Shown: positions 13,241 to 25,821 of the stretch, piece after piece
How the letters are laid out: every line of letters begins with the position of its first letter
How positions within the stretch are numbered: the first letter of the stretch is position 1
DNA from: the human T2T-CHM13v2.0 reference genome, Homo sapiens
Assembly: GCA_009914755.4 (NCBI GenBank)
Contig: CP068257.2
Span: 28,000,001 to 28,064,000, forward strand
DNA length: 64,000 nucleotides
Direction: 5' to 3'
Notes under the pieces: model-generated
Seen by the model: the letters and a program-made list of their open reading frames with translations, nothing else
Databases searched by the model: none
Told to the model about the DNA's origin: nothing
Made by a program: the position numbers and the translations under genes

Positions 13241-16200
13241 CTCGGAAGATTTTGCTTTCTGTACTGAATCCAGCTGCCTGTTTTCTTTCATCGCTGGAGT
13301 AGCAGTGGATGTACAAAGTGGGAACTCTATGACGTCTTCCCTGTGGGTCATGATTAAGGGAAATGTTTACAGGCAAGAGAGCAGGATAAGGCTCTGACGT
13401 AAGTTTATGTTGTGAGTGGATATGAAGAACTGGAAAGGCAGATGTCAGATCAATGTTTGGTTGTTCCCCTGACTCCTGTGCAGTGTTGACTCATACACAA
13501 TTTTGGTCCACTGAGAAGGACCCATTTGAGAATGAACCATTCTGTATTATCCCAGTCTATCCAAAAGCTGAAAGGTCGAATCAGCCCAATTGCTGAGAAA
13601 AATGTAAACATTATAAAAGAGAACAAAGTAGATTTTATAAAAATCACTCCAAACTTCTGTTAATTCTGTCAATTACCACTTCAGTTGATAAAACACTCTT
13701 TCTTTTTCTCAAGATATTTTTTAATAACGAGTTTTACTGTTTTTCAACTCCGTTGACTCAGTAACAATTTTCTTAGTAACTTAATTTTAACCTAATTTTT
13801 AAACTAAATTTTTTTCTTTAATTAATTCTATTGTTCTTAAGTCTGGTGTCAAGATTTTTTGGATATAGGCATGACTGATTTCTCTATTTTCAGGTTTGAA
13901 TGTTTTGATATAATCATATTTTTGAGGATTTTTAGTGTATGAAATTCTAGGAAATGCTTAATAGTTAGAAATATTAGAGAGAAAAATAGACAATTGAATG
14001 GGAAATCAAAACACATGCATTTTCCTTATGCTTTTTTCTAATTCCTATATTCATCCATGTATGTATGCACCACATACCAATATGACTATAAACAGCTACA
14101 GGGAAATTCACCTTGAAGAATAGTGGAATGAAGCATATGATTTCAGAGAATTCAATTCTATTATAGTAGTAGCATTATTTAAATATTAAGAGTGGCCAGT
14201 CTGTGACTAATTTTAAAAAAACACTATTATTTTAAAGTAATCTCTATTTTACTAATCATGCACATTCACATATATCTTGTTTATAGGAACTCTCTGCACT
14301 TTTATGGGACTATTTCAAGGCTGCCTAAATATTTTTCATTTAACATCTTCAGTTTTAGTAGAAGCTTAATTCTTATTTATTTAGCACATTAATTTCTTTA
14401 TTAAATTCGCACTGGGCCTTTTCTAGTGCTGGGGAGAAAGCAAAGCACAAAATCACAAAGCCTCTTTTTCATAAAAGACACTTTTATGAAGTGTCTATTC
14501 TTGTAGGGAAGGTACTGAACAAACGAATCAAAATATAACACGTCAGGTCATAAGGGCTATGAAGAAAACAAAAACAGGTAAGAAGAAAGAGAGAAAAACC
14601 AGGGAGGGGGCTACTGTACTAGATGGTGATTCATGGAGGCTCTGTCTGGTGAAGTGGCATTTTGTAGCCTGGATAAGTGAGACTTCAAGGCAGGGGGACA
14701 GCAAGTGCTTGATGTGCAAGAATGAATGAAGGGCAGGGTCTACGATGTGGACCCAATGAAACTGAAACCAAAGGACTTTTTATCTTTAACGTAGAGAAGA
14801 AAGAGTTTAAATAGAGGCAACTTGACAGCAAAGATTTGTTAGCTTTGGGCCTGGGTTTGGGGTCATAAGTTTGCTCTCTTGGCTTAGCTATTGATCAAAC
14901 GGAGGTCCTTTCGTGCCCTTCAATGCCCTTCACCTCCCATGACACAGTTTCCACATTCCCAAAGTAGCCACATCCAGGAGAAACAGAAAGAAAACAGTCA
15001 AGTGCAAAGCAGACTCTTTGGATAAAAAAAGGTAAATGTTACGCTTCACATAATTTCAAAGTTATTATCTGCATGACTGTTGGATACAACTCATACTGGG
15101 GCCTGCATCCTATCACTTTTTAAAAAATTAGTATTGACACGACCTGATATATTCAATAGTTACTCTACCCACTTTTGCAGCACCTTAGTGAGCTACCCTC
15201 TTCTGCTCTGGTAAATCCCCACTTTCCTTTATATAGTTAATTATAATAATAACTGTAAGAACACAGTCTAGAAACCCCTCTCTTAGTTGGGATGATAGTA
15301 AAAATCTTCAGGCAGACCAGGACCTCTTCCATCCACTGGGACTCAACCTTATCACACTTCCTGCCCAGGGGATTACCGTTAGCTCAGGACACCAGCTGCT
15401 GCCCTGGGATAGCAGCTTCACCTCACGCTCGGCCTGATTCCACATGAATTGCGTAGGTCTGTCTCCTTTGTTCAACGATCTTCCTCATTTCAGTCAATAT
15501 GTACAAACTGTTTTGTCAGCTCAGTATAATTGAACACACAGACTTTTTTTCTTTGTAAATTAAGCCATACTTGTGATGAATATTTAATGTTTGGCATAAG
15601 TCCACAGTCTGTGTTAACATAGCTTCAAACTGTAACTCTTTTAGTGGTATATACCAAACACAGGTAAAAATGATTTGAGATCTCATCCTGTGATTGAAAC
15701 TTCATTGGAAAAGTGGGCAGAGGATTTCGAACCATATTTGAACTCATTGAAATTATAAACCCAAGAGGAAGAAGAGAAAAACCGATCTATTAGCGTGCTT
15801 CTCCCTCTGTCTCTGGTGTTCCCTCTCCCTTTCAGAAATATAATATTTCCCTGGATATTCTCTACTTGCTCCTATTCAAAGAAATGTTTCAAATCATCCC
15901 AGGGCTCATTTGTACCAAGATGCTTTCCATCATTATCTCTCAGTTCACTTTGAATATTTTAAAAGTTATTTCAGGTTTGAAAAACAGTTAGGGAGCCTGA
16001 ACATAGAATCATCCAGAACCACTTAATTCATTCATTTAGTTCTTCGCTTTCATTTGTTCCTCATAAGAAAAAGGGGAAAAAAATCCCAAGTTCTCTGTGA
16101 GATGTTGGGTAAATTGCATCTTAAAAGCGAGAGTGCGTCTCCCGATGATAGGAATGGATAATAAAATACTATGCCATTTTAAAATGCTATTACCTGCCTG

Positions 16201-16960
16201 CATTCCACAATATCTTTCCCCTTAGATGGCTCCCATATAGGAAGCATTTTAAAAAATTATTTCCTGCTATTTTCTTCAGCACCCAGGGAGCTTCATTAGA
16301 GAAATATAGTGAAGGTAGGTGCATTTGACAAGAGACAAATGATGTTAGGGAGAAGCTCTCTGATGAGGCAGTTCGCAATGTATCTGTTCAGCAGAGTATC
16401 TCTGACTTGTCAGGAGGCAGGTCTGGCATCTGCTTCAAGAGCGACATATGGCTGGTGTTAAACACTGTCAGTTCTGCAGAGGTGAACCTATACGCATCCA
16501 GGACAGGAAGAGCTGAATACACCGACTGTTTGTAAATCCGACATTTTTCCACACTGGCTTTGCTTGCTGAAATGTGGCAGAAGTGAGGAACACAAATCGG
16601 TTCTGCAAAACTCACAGGTAGGTTGTTCCTCCTCTTCCCCCACCAGCCACCTTCCCCACAGCCACATTCCTAGAATAAAATGCTCTTCACTTGTCCTTGC
16701 ACTGGTTTGGCTGATAATGGTGATTACTCTTGTCAAGTTTTTTATCTGGGGCAAGTACATCCAGGAAGCTAAAAGTAGCAGTTTTTGCTAGTAGCCAGTC
16801 ACAGCCTTTCAAATTACCTAAAAAGCAAACTCTTTCTTCTCTACTGCAAGTCAAGGCACCCACTGTAACACTTTTCTCTAATATTTTAAAGATACGTGAG
16901 ATCTTAACCCCGAAGGCATTCAAATATTCTTGCAAATGATTTTATTTGAAAATGACTTAC

Positions 16961-17134
16961 TGTCATCATGCCATCCAAAAGGCCAGTCTCGGGCCTGGGT
17001 GGGGCCTGCAGTCTCTCCATGGACCACTTCTCAATGATGGATGACACGTGAGGGTTGTCAATGTTAAGCAGCCGAAACCCGGTCATGTTTACGCCACTGT
17101 ACCTATAGAGTTCCAGATCCAAAGCAAATAAGTC
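16961..17134 (-). CDS. GRIK1: GRIK1 coding exon 6, 174 bp. Encodes [58 protein letters not shown]
   Basis: ORF 16904..17140(-) carries the peptide. Acceptor is tgatactatgcag|GACTTATTT and donor is ATGATGACA|gtaagtcatt. Both ends are phase 0. Confidence 0.9.
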
Positions 17135-17224
17135 CTGCATAGTATCAAAAAGGATAACAGTGGAAAATAATTAGAATTTTCATTTTTTATACAAAAGAAT
17201 ATTAATGATTGTAGCACCAACTAA

Positions 17225-17700
17225 TACAATGATACCTTTTATCTGTGGTTTTGTGGTTCATGGTTTCAGTTACCTGCGGTCAACCACAGTTGGAACATGT
17301 TAAATGGAAAACTTCAGAAATAAGCAATTCATAATTTTAAAATTGCACACCACTCTGAGTAGCATGAGGAAATCTTGAGCTGTCCCATGCTGTCCTGCCT
17401 GGGACATGAATTATTTGTCCAGAGTCTCCATACTACAGATGCCACCTGCTCATCAGTCAGTTAATAGCTGTCTCAGTTATGAGGTAGAGTATCGTGGTAT
17501 GGAAGTGCTTTGTTAAGTCACCCTTATACTTCATAATGGTTCCAGTCTGCAAGAGTATTGTGCCTAATTTATCAATTAATCTTTATCCTAGGTTTGTATA
17601 TATAGGAAAAACATAATCTATATGGGGTTTGGCACCATACTAGATTTCAGGCATCTATTGGAGGTCTCAGAACATATACCCATTGGATAAAGGGGAGCTG
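17225..17700. mobile_element. Fragment of an ancient DNA-transposon-like interspersed repeat (Tigger/MER type; family uncertain)
   Basis: Contains GTTTCAGTTACCTGCGGTCAACCACAGTTGGAACATGTTAAATGGAAAACTTCAGAAATAAGCAATTCATAATTTTAAAATTGCACACCACTCTGAGTAGCATGAGGAAATCTTGAGCTGTCCCATGCTGTCCTGCCTGGGACATGAATTATT ... TAGATTTCAGGCATCTATTGGAGGTCTCAGAACATATACCCATTGGATAAAGGGGAGCTGCTAT. The same family recurs at 46385-47085. Confidence 0.4.
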
Positions 17701-19571
17701 CTATAGATTAAAACAAAATGGCAGCCGTACCACACTATTTCAATAAAAGAACATTTTTCCCATTGTTTTTCATTAACATGCTGCCCTAAAAATTCTAGGG
17801 CAGTAATCAGTTTTCATTTTCATCTGTTTTATTTTTGCAGTACTGTTAGAGTTTAGATAAGTCAAGAGGAGGAATTTGGCTGCTGATAATTAGTATGTCC
17901 TTGGGCACAGGATGTAACATTCTAAAAAGCTAAGAATTCTGTTCCCAGTTCATAGCCTTTGGGGTATTTTGAAGAATATTTATTTCCATTTGGTTCAATG
18001 CTTTTATTTTACAGATGAAGAAACTGAGGTTCTGAGTGGTGATGTGATCAGAACAAGAATGAACCACTGGCAGTACCCACTCTTCTCCACCAAATCTTGC
18101 ACCCCAGGCTGTTCCAGGTCTTGCCACAAAGTGAAATTTGAAAACTGCATATGCATTTGGCAGGAAAATCACTCCTGGCCGAAAAAAAATCATCTCCTGG
18201 CTTGTTGAAAAGAACTCATATCTCATACAACGAGGGCATGAAGAATGTTCGCTGAACATAGGCTCAGAATAGGTACCAAAGGATGCTCTTCAGAGGACAT
18301 ACTAGAGCACAAGGTTACATGGATGCAAGAACATCTTAATAAGGGAACCCATTCCCTTGCAGACAATGTTTCAGGAAAAAAAGTTGAACTCATCCTGGTG
18401 TTTTCTATTACAGATGAGGCTGAGTGTAAACCAGAAGTTTCTAAATTGATTCACATTTAAGACAGGGTTATGTAATAATTTCAACTTTTTTCTTATATGA
18501 AAAGACTGGATTTAAAAATACATCATTAAAATATATCACATTTCAGAAGAAACTCAACTTTCAAGATAACATTTAACAGGAAAAATACTTCCATAAAACT
18601 TTCTTAACAATGCAACCGCTTTCTGAAAGTGCATTGCAAGACAGGACATTATCCTGATGATTACAGGTACTGAAAAGCAGCAGCTTCAGAAACACTTCGC
18701 AATTTGCATTTGCGGAAGATGCATACAAATTTATTCTTTTGATGAACTCTCTCTTTCCCAAGATATATTTGGATGAGGCAGTAGAACTGTAAGAGCACAG
18801 CTCTGTGCTCCGAGATCAGTATCAGAAAAGTGTACAATACTGCCTTTTAAAGCATTGCATATTTTTTTCCTTAACACTAAGTAACTATTTTTTTCTTTAA
18901 CTTTTATTAATACTCATGGGCAAGAATGGTAAGAATATAAAAGCCAACCAGGACAGAATGCAGATAAAATCAGAGGAAAAGGATGAAAGAAGCAAAGTTA
19001 AAGAAGAGGACCCAGGCAAAAATGAGTCCGGTAGCACACTCAGTGAATAGAAAGACAGTTAAGTCCAGTCTCAGGAGGTAAGACAGAAACTGCCAGAATA
19101 CACATGAACCCTCTTAGAGATTCATAGTACATAGATTTAACATGCTAAAATGACATACATTAAACATGTGCAAAATTAGGTTGTCCTACAATTTAGGGTT
19201 TCCACGCAACAAAGAATGTCAGAAGTCTAAAATCCGATTTGCTACATCCCCTTGTGCATGCAGAATGAGTGTTAGGGGTGAAGAGGAATAAAAGTGCACA
19301 TTTATTCATCCTCTATGGTCTCCTAGCCTTGGTAGGTTCCATTATTCGTATTCCTTCTCAAATTTCTCCCACACCAGCTCTTCCAGGGTGTTCACAGCTG
19401 GAGGAGGTAGAAAGTTCCGAGGCAGATGGCCATGTCACCTTGAGTAACCCTCAGGTGTTCTTCGTGATGGGAAGAACCATATTTGTAAGCAGAGTAAGAC
19501 ACTTTGCAGTTCTCAAGTTTTCCCTCAGCTGTTCTCAAGGATGACATGATCAAGAAACAGTAAGAGGCAAA

Positions 19572-19689
19572 TGGGAAGACTATGCAAACCTTAGTTCAGG
19601 AATTTCTACCCTGTACCCACTTCCACCCTATGGGAAGACTATGCAAACCTTAGTTCAGGAATTTCTACCCTGTACCCACTTCCACCCTA
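19572..19689. repeat. Perfect tandem duplication of a 59-bp unit (2 copies; 19572-19630 and 19631-19689)
   Basis: TGGGAAGACTATGCAAACCTTAGTTCAGGAATTTCTACCCTGTACCCACTTCCACCCTA occurs twice, back-to-back, with no mismatches. Confidence 0.9.
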
Positions 19690-20435
19690 TGCTCAGTAGC
19701 AGTAATGATTTTGACAACTGTCCCAAAGCATTCATTTCATGATGTCCTCTGCACTCTCAAAGACATTTGAGTCAGAAATAGAATTTACTACTTCGGGTCC
19801 TTATTCTAAATTCTTTGAATTCCCCTACTCACTAGCTTGTCAGCTGAATTTGCTAAAATGGCACTGTTACTGACCCCCCCAGAATCCAGGTCAAATTTAG
19901 CTAATATACTCTTACAGATTAGAAAACGAGCTTGATTCTGTTTTTCTTCTCATGTAAGGAAGTGGAATGTGTGAGTGTGTAGGTGGGGAGGTGGGGGCTG
20001 TCACTGATTTCTGAAATTGACTGAATGAAAATTATCACATCATTTTGATGTGTTAAATACCCTAAATCATTCTCCATGATCAGATAGTCTCTCAAAATTT
20101 AAGATGTCCTATGGTTTCTTTTAGATTTCTAAGGCTTAGGACCATGATTTTTCTTAATGAGGCAAAATGTTCAATGTGCAGAGCATCTCCAAAACTCCCC
20201 TTTCTGAAGGTTTTTCAGACATCTGACAGGTAACCCCTGGCTAACCCAGCTATCTACTGGACACAGGCAGCAAAGCCACATCAAATCAATGAATGCCAGA
20301 CACACTTGGATACACCTTCTAATGTATATAAAAATTGTAGATGATGTTTTTTATGAATAGTTTTTACTTTAATAGTTTCTATTTAATGGAATTTTCATTT
20401 TAATCCCTCTCTGAATGCACATGCATTGATACTAG

Positions 20436-20483
20436 TTAAAAGAAAAAGAAAGAAGGAAAGAAAGAAAGAAAGAAAGAAAAAAA
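20436..20483. repeat. (GAAA)n/(AAAG)n microsatellite, which is (TTTC)n on the GRIK1-sense strand
   Basis: aagaaaaagaaagaaggaaagaaagaaagaaagaaagaaaaaaagaaag. Confidence 0.85.
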
Positions 20484-20646
20484 GAAAGCCTGCTGCTCAG
20501 CATTGCTGGATTTAGAGGATTCTTAGGAAAGTAAGGCAAGTCTCCATGACAATATCCTGCCTTTGACACTGGTGAGGCCGACTCTGAAATAACTGTGTGA
20601 AGACGTTTCCTACCATGTGGAATACATTTCTCCCAGATGCACTTAC

Positions 20647-20700
20647 CAGGGTTGTGAAAAAGTAGTGATAGTACTCGGTCATCATGCCCATGAACAGAAT
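20647..20700 (-). CDS. GRIK1: GRIK1 coding exon 5, a 54-bp in-frame exon. Encodes ILFMGMMTEYYHYFFTTL
   Basis: ORF 20512..20706(-) contains QILFMGMMTEYYHYFFTTL followed by intron read-through. Acceptor is tctcttttgcag|ATTCTG and donor is ACCCTG|gtaagtgc, a strong consensus donor. Confidence 0.9.
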
Positions 20701-20962
20701 CTGCAAAAGAGAAATAAGGGGAAAGAATCAGGAACAGAATTATAATAAGAATGGGATAATTTCTAGGGTGACTGCAAATGCTTGGAAACATAGAACAGGA
20801 AGGGACTTTGGAAATCCACAAACTCAGCAGATCAGAAACCTGAGGCCAATGAGTGGCTGGTGTGGAGCAAGCCAACTGACCTCCAGCCAACACTATTTCC
20901 ATTACACACTGCTTGACCTACATCGAAGTAATGGGTTTGATGATCAAATTTAAAAATAGTTT

Positions 20963-21258
<296 letters not shown>

Positions 21259-21919
21259 TAGTTTGTACTAAACAAATTTTGTATTTGGAGTTGTCCATAA
21301 TGCACAGGGTTTTGTCTTTCCCACTGCCTAAGTGTCTGAGCCATCTCATACTTAGAAATATGTATTTCATTGATCTCCCTACTTACGACTTAGCATAATG
21401 CCACCCTCATTATGAGTAGAACTCATTAAATGTTGAATTGTCAATACTGGTATGTAGATATGTTTAAATGAAGGTTTATGAATGAGTATATCTCTGAAAC
21501 CTTTCTCTCTCCCCCTTTTCCATGAGAAGGGGAAGAGAGGATTCATTTACAGATAAAAGGATAGGGACTATTCTGACACCAATTTCACACTGTTTCTTCA
21601 TGCTGGTTCTCAAATAACTACTTGGGATCGTAATAGTTCCGGACATTCTGTGAGCGTGTATATTGTTTTTACTTCGTGGAAGAAGGAAAAAAGGAGGTGG
21701 ATAGGAAGGACAGGGGTTCTACGTTCATTGAACTGTGATCTTACTTTTGGAGTCCCGGAAATGGTGTCAACTGAGAAGAAGATGCAAATGGTTTGGAGAC
21801 AATTCTTTCTAAATATGAATAAGGATATTCCTTTCCTTGGGATAGATTACCAAAATAACTATTTGGGTGCTTTTTTTATTTTTATTTTTTTTGTCTTTGC
21901 ATAGAAATGAAGAGAGAAG

Positions 21920-22190
21920 GCCGGGTGCGGTGGCTCACGCCTGTAATCCAGCACTTTGGGAGGATGAGGCGGGCGGATCATGAGGTCAGGAGATAGAGAC
22001 CATCCTGGTTAACACGGTGAAACCCCGTCTCTACTAAAAATACACAAAATTAGCCAGGCGTGGTGGCGGGTGCCTGTAATCCCAGCTACTCAGGAGGCTG
22101 AGGCAGGAGAACGGCGTGAACCCGGGGGCGGAGCTTACAGTGAGCCAAGATCGCGCCACTGCACTCCAGCCTGGGGGCCAGAGCGAGACT

Positions 22191-22225
<35 letters not shown>
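21920..22225 (+). mobile_element. AluY SINE, full length, with a ~34-nt pure poly(A) tail and a perfect 16-bp target-site duplication GAAATGAAGAGAGAAG (21904-21919 and 22226-22241)
   Basis: Starts GGCCGGGTGCGGTGGCTCACGCCTGTAATCC. AluY-type diagnostic positions are present (GAGATAGAGACCATCC..., GAACGGCGTGAACCCGGGGGCGGAGCTTACAGTGAGCCAAGATCGCGCC). The TSD copies are identical. Confidence 0.9.
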
Positions 22226-22227
<2 letters not shown>

Positions 22228-24081
22228 AATGAAGAGAGAAGACTTAGAAATCACATTTCCAAGGTAGTTTTCCGCACAACTCTGGTCAATTCTGGATGCA
22301 AGTAAAAATTCCCTCTGGAAGTTTTTATATCAAAGACTCTTAGACACCATCACAGGGACATCCTGAATTGGGATTTCTGAGAGTGTAGCCTTGATTTCTG
22401 CATTTCACAGCTGTGTCTGAAAATCACTGCTCTATGGAAAACATGTACCTTTGCATTAAATAACAAAGACTTTCAGATCTTCAGTTGAAGAGATGGATTG
22501 AAAAGGTCTGGGGAAAGACATTGCAAGTTATCAGCGGTTCTGGAAGGTGCCTAAGATATGTGAACTAGAATGATTTTACGTGAAAGGGAATAAGAAATAA
22601 AGAGGGTATTAGATGACAGCACATAACTGCATGAACACCAGTCCTACACTTCTCAACAACGTCTCTACTAACACGAAAACCAGAGGAATATTTAGTGAAA
22701 TTGCAATGTCATGAACTTAAGACAAATGACAGGAAACTCCATGAATCATCAGCCCACAGGATATAAGTCACTCCTACGGTGACAACAAGACCAGGCACAC
22801 TAAAGGATGTTTTTTTTCAAGGGTAGACTTGCTTTAGTGCCATCAATAACATTTAAGGCCATGCATGGTGAGGTCTTGTTAGCTGTTCTCTTATATCATT
22901 CGAGCATAAAGAGCTGGCCTGCCAGGGTCAGTCAGAAATCCTATTTTTCACTTTGGTCATTAGATAGTGTAATTGCAGCCAAGATTACCTCTTGAAAGGG
23001 AACTGGGCAGGTTTCATGTGAGGATATAGGGCTGAATGCTAAGGTTTAAAATTTTGTTTCTGAAACTGAAAATAGAACACAAAGGCATTTGAGTTTATAG
23101 CTTTTCACTTGGGTAAAATTTTTCTTTTTAAATTTCATTATGGAGGCTTTGGATCCCCTGTTAAGAGATAAGCATTTTTTTAAACAACCATTTAACTGAT
23201 TATTTTTATTATTGTATTTTAAAATTCCTGGAGGTAAATATTCATTTGACATGCCTCTCAGCGTTAGGAAAGAGATATTAAAATGCAGCGAATAAACAGC
23301 CAACAGGACAGCTGTTATTGCAAAAAGAACCCTGGGGTCCTCCAGGTACACATTTTATTTGCTGTAGTAGAAAAATTCCCGTTCCTTTTCCTAGCTAATT
23401 GCTTGCATTAGTGCCTCCTGGTTCTTCCCTTGAATTTACTAGAAATGGAAATTAAGAAACGAGTCCAGTCATTGATCATTGGCCTGTCAACTTTGTGGAC
23501 ACTCACCCAGGTGAATGAAAAACATCTTGATAAGAACAACAAAGTCAACAGCACCAAAGGCGGTGCTTTTAAAGCAGTTGTTCTTGTGATGGTCTTTAAG
23601 CAGCTGAGACCAGTAGCCCTGTCGTCTAATTGTCGCATACTTTGTAAATAAAACGATTGCATTCCCATTTTGATTTTCTCTCTGCATGTTGGTATTTCAA
23701 CTAAAAGTCATTAAGGGATTAAGAAAATGTCACATCAAAATAAATGTCAGTTTTAAAAATAAAAAGTGTAATCACGATATAGGGAGTTTTCTAATAGTTC
23801 TTTGCAGAACTTACTTTTTCCTGAGAATGACTTTGAATTTTGATACAGTACTTGTCTGCCGAACTGACCAAATGGTGCTGACCTAGGCAGTATGTATACT
23901 TTATTAGGGCGGTATTGCTAGGAACCATCTCTGGCTTTACTTAATTGTCACAATTAATTTTTTTTTTTGGCAGAAAACACTTCATGTCACACACACTAAA
24001 ATGTAATAAAGGCAGATATCAATACTGTTCATATGGATAGCATATTCCTCCGAATTGCTTCCACTAATATGTTCTTCTAAT

Positions 24082-24397
24082 AAGGCCCATTTCTTTTTTT
24101 TATTTTTATTTATTTTTGAAAGAGTCTCATTCTGTCGCCCCAGGCTATAGCGCACTGGTACAATCTCGGCTCCCTGCAACCTCTGCCTCCTGAGTTCAAG
24201 CGATTCTCTTGTCTCAGCCTCCTGAGTAGCTGGGATTACAGGCACGTACCGCCATGCCTGGCTAATTTTTATATTTTTAGTAGAGATGGGGTTTTACCAT
24301 GTTGGCCACGCTGGTTCAAACTCCTGACCTCAAGTGATCCTCCTGTCTTGGTCTCCCTAAGTGCTGGGATCACAGGCGTGAGCCACTGCACCTGGCC
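24082..24397 (-). mobile_element. Alu SINE (antisense)
   Basis: T/A-rich tail then GAGTCTCATTCTGTCGCCCCAGGCTATAGCGCACTGG...GGATCACAGGCGTGAGCCACTGCACCTGGCC. Confidence 0.85.
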
Positions 24398-25513
24398 AAG
24401 TCTCATTTCTTAATGGAATTAATCTTGTTAAACAACTTTTGACATTATATCATTGACTTAGATTGACAGTTAAAAACAACCCAGCCCTTTTGTTAACATT
24501 ATGTATCTAAAATAGGCAGGGTGTGGAATATCTATTGATTTTGGAAGATTACTAGTGTGGACGTCATTAGTACTGTTTTTCCAGTTTTCCAACTCAAAGG
24601 GTACATACTAGGATTGCATTTCCTAGTCCCTTGGGCTTGGGTGGGGGTATGTGCTGGTTCTAGCCAATGAAGTGGAGGTGATTCTGACATATGTCACTCT
24701 CCAGAGATCTCAGTTCCCTAATATCACTAGCATTGTTATCAGTGCCAGAACAAGCTGTTCATTTTTGAATAAATACATTTTTCTGTTACATGAATACTGC
24801 AAGTCATGTAAATGATCTTGTTTACAACTTTGTTTTGATTGCTAGGAGGTTTAGGGTCAAAATTACGGGTCTTCCATTGGCAATTAGTCAGGAGCACAGG
24901 GCATACATTTTTCATGTGCTAATGTCATCCAGCTTTATGTTTTTGTTATCTAGTTTTCTCCTTTGTGCCAATTCCCCTCCCTTTTAAAAACATTTATTAG
25001 TTTGTTTCAAATATATTTTTCCAGGCAGCTCCAATTCTTTATAGAATAAAGATATTACAAATAAACAAATAATCATGATTGGGACAAGTCAAATAATTTT
25101 TCCCCATATAAACGAGTGGAATTCTTCAGATCTGATGTAGCTGAGTTGGGTTAGAGTAATGAAAAAAAGTTTCCAACAAAACAGTTTTCCCCCCCTACCT
25201 CTAATGATCACCATTGTTAGTTAATTCTAATCTACATTGTTACAGAATTAATTATAAGAACTCAAAAGACATCAATACCAAAAGACTTAAGCTCCTGCAT
25301 ACTTATGAAATTCCATTCCATCTAGATAACATAATCCTTAAATCAGCAGCGGGGGAGTGTCTTGTACCTATTGTAAATGCTTTCTCCGTATCATGCTACT
25401 GTACATGGAAATGCCACAAGACTATTCCATTGTTCCAGTAGCTAAAAAATAATTACTGCTTTATTTTATTTGCAGTAAATGGGTCATCAGAAGGCAGAAT
25501 AAAAACTCAATGC

Positions 25514-25821
<308 letters not shown>

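Noticed and set aside
20432-20902. 156-aa minus-strand ORF overlapping exon 5
   Set aside because: It is in a different frame from the exon 5 coding frame. It runs through the (GAAA)n microsatellite, which gives the FLSFFLSF peptide. There is no similarity to anything I recognise.
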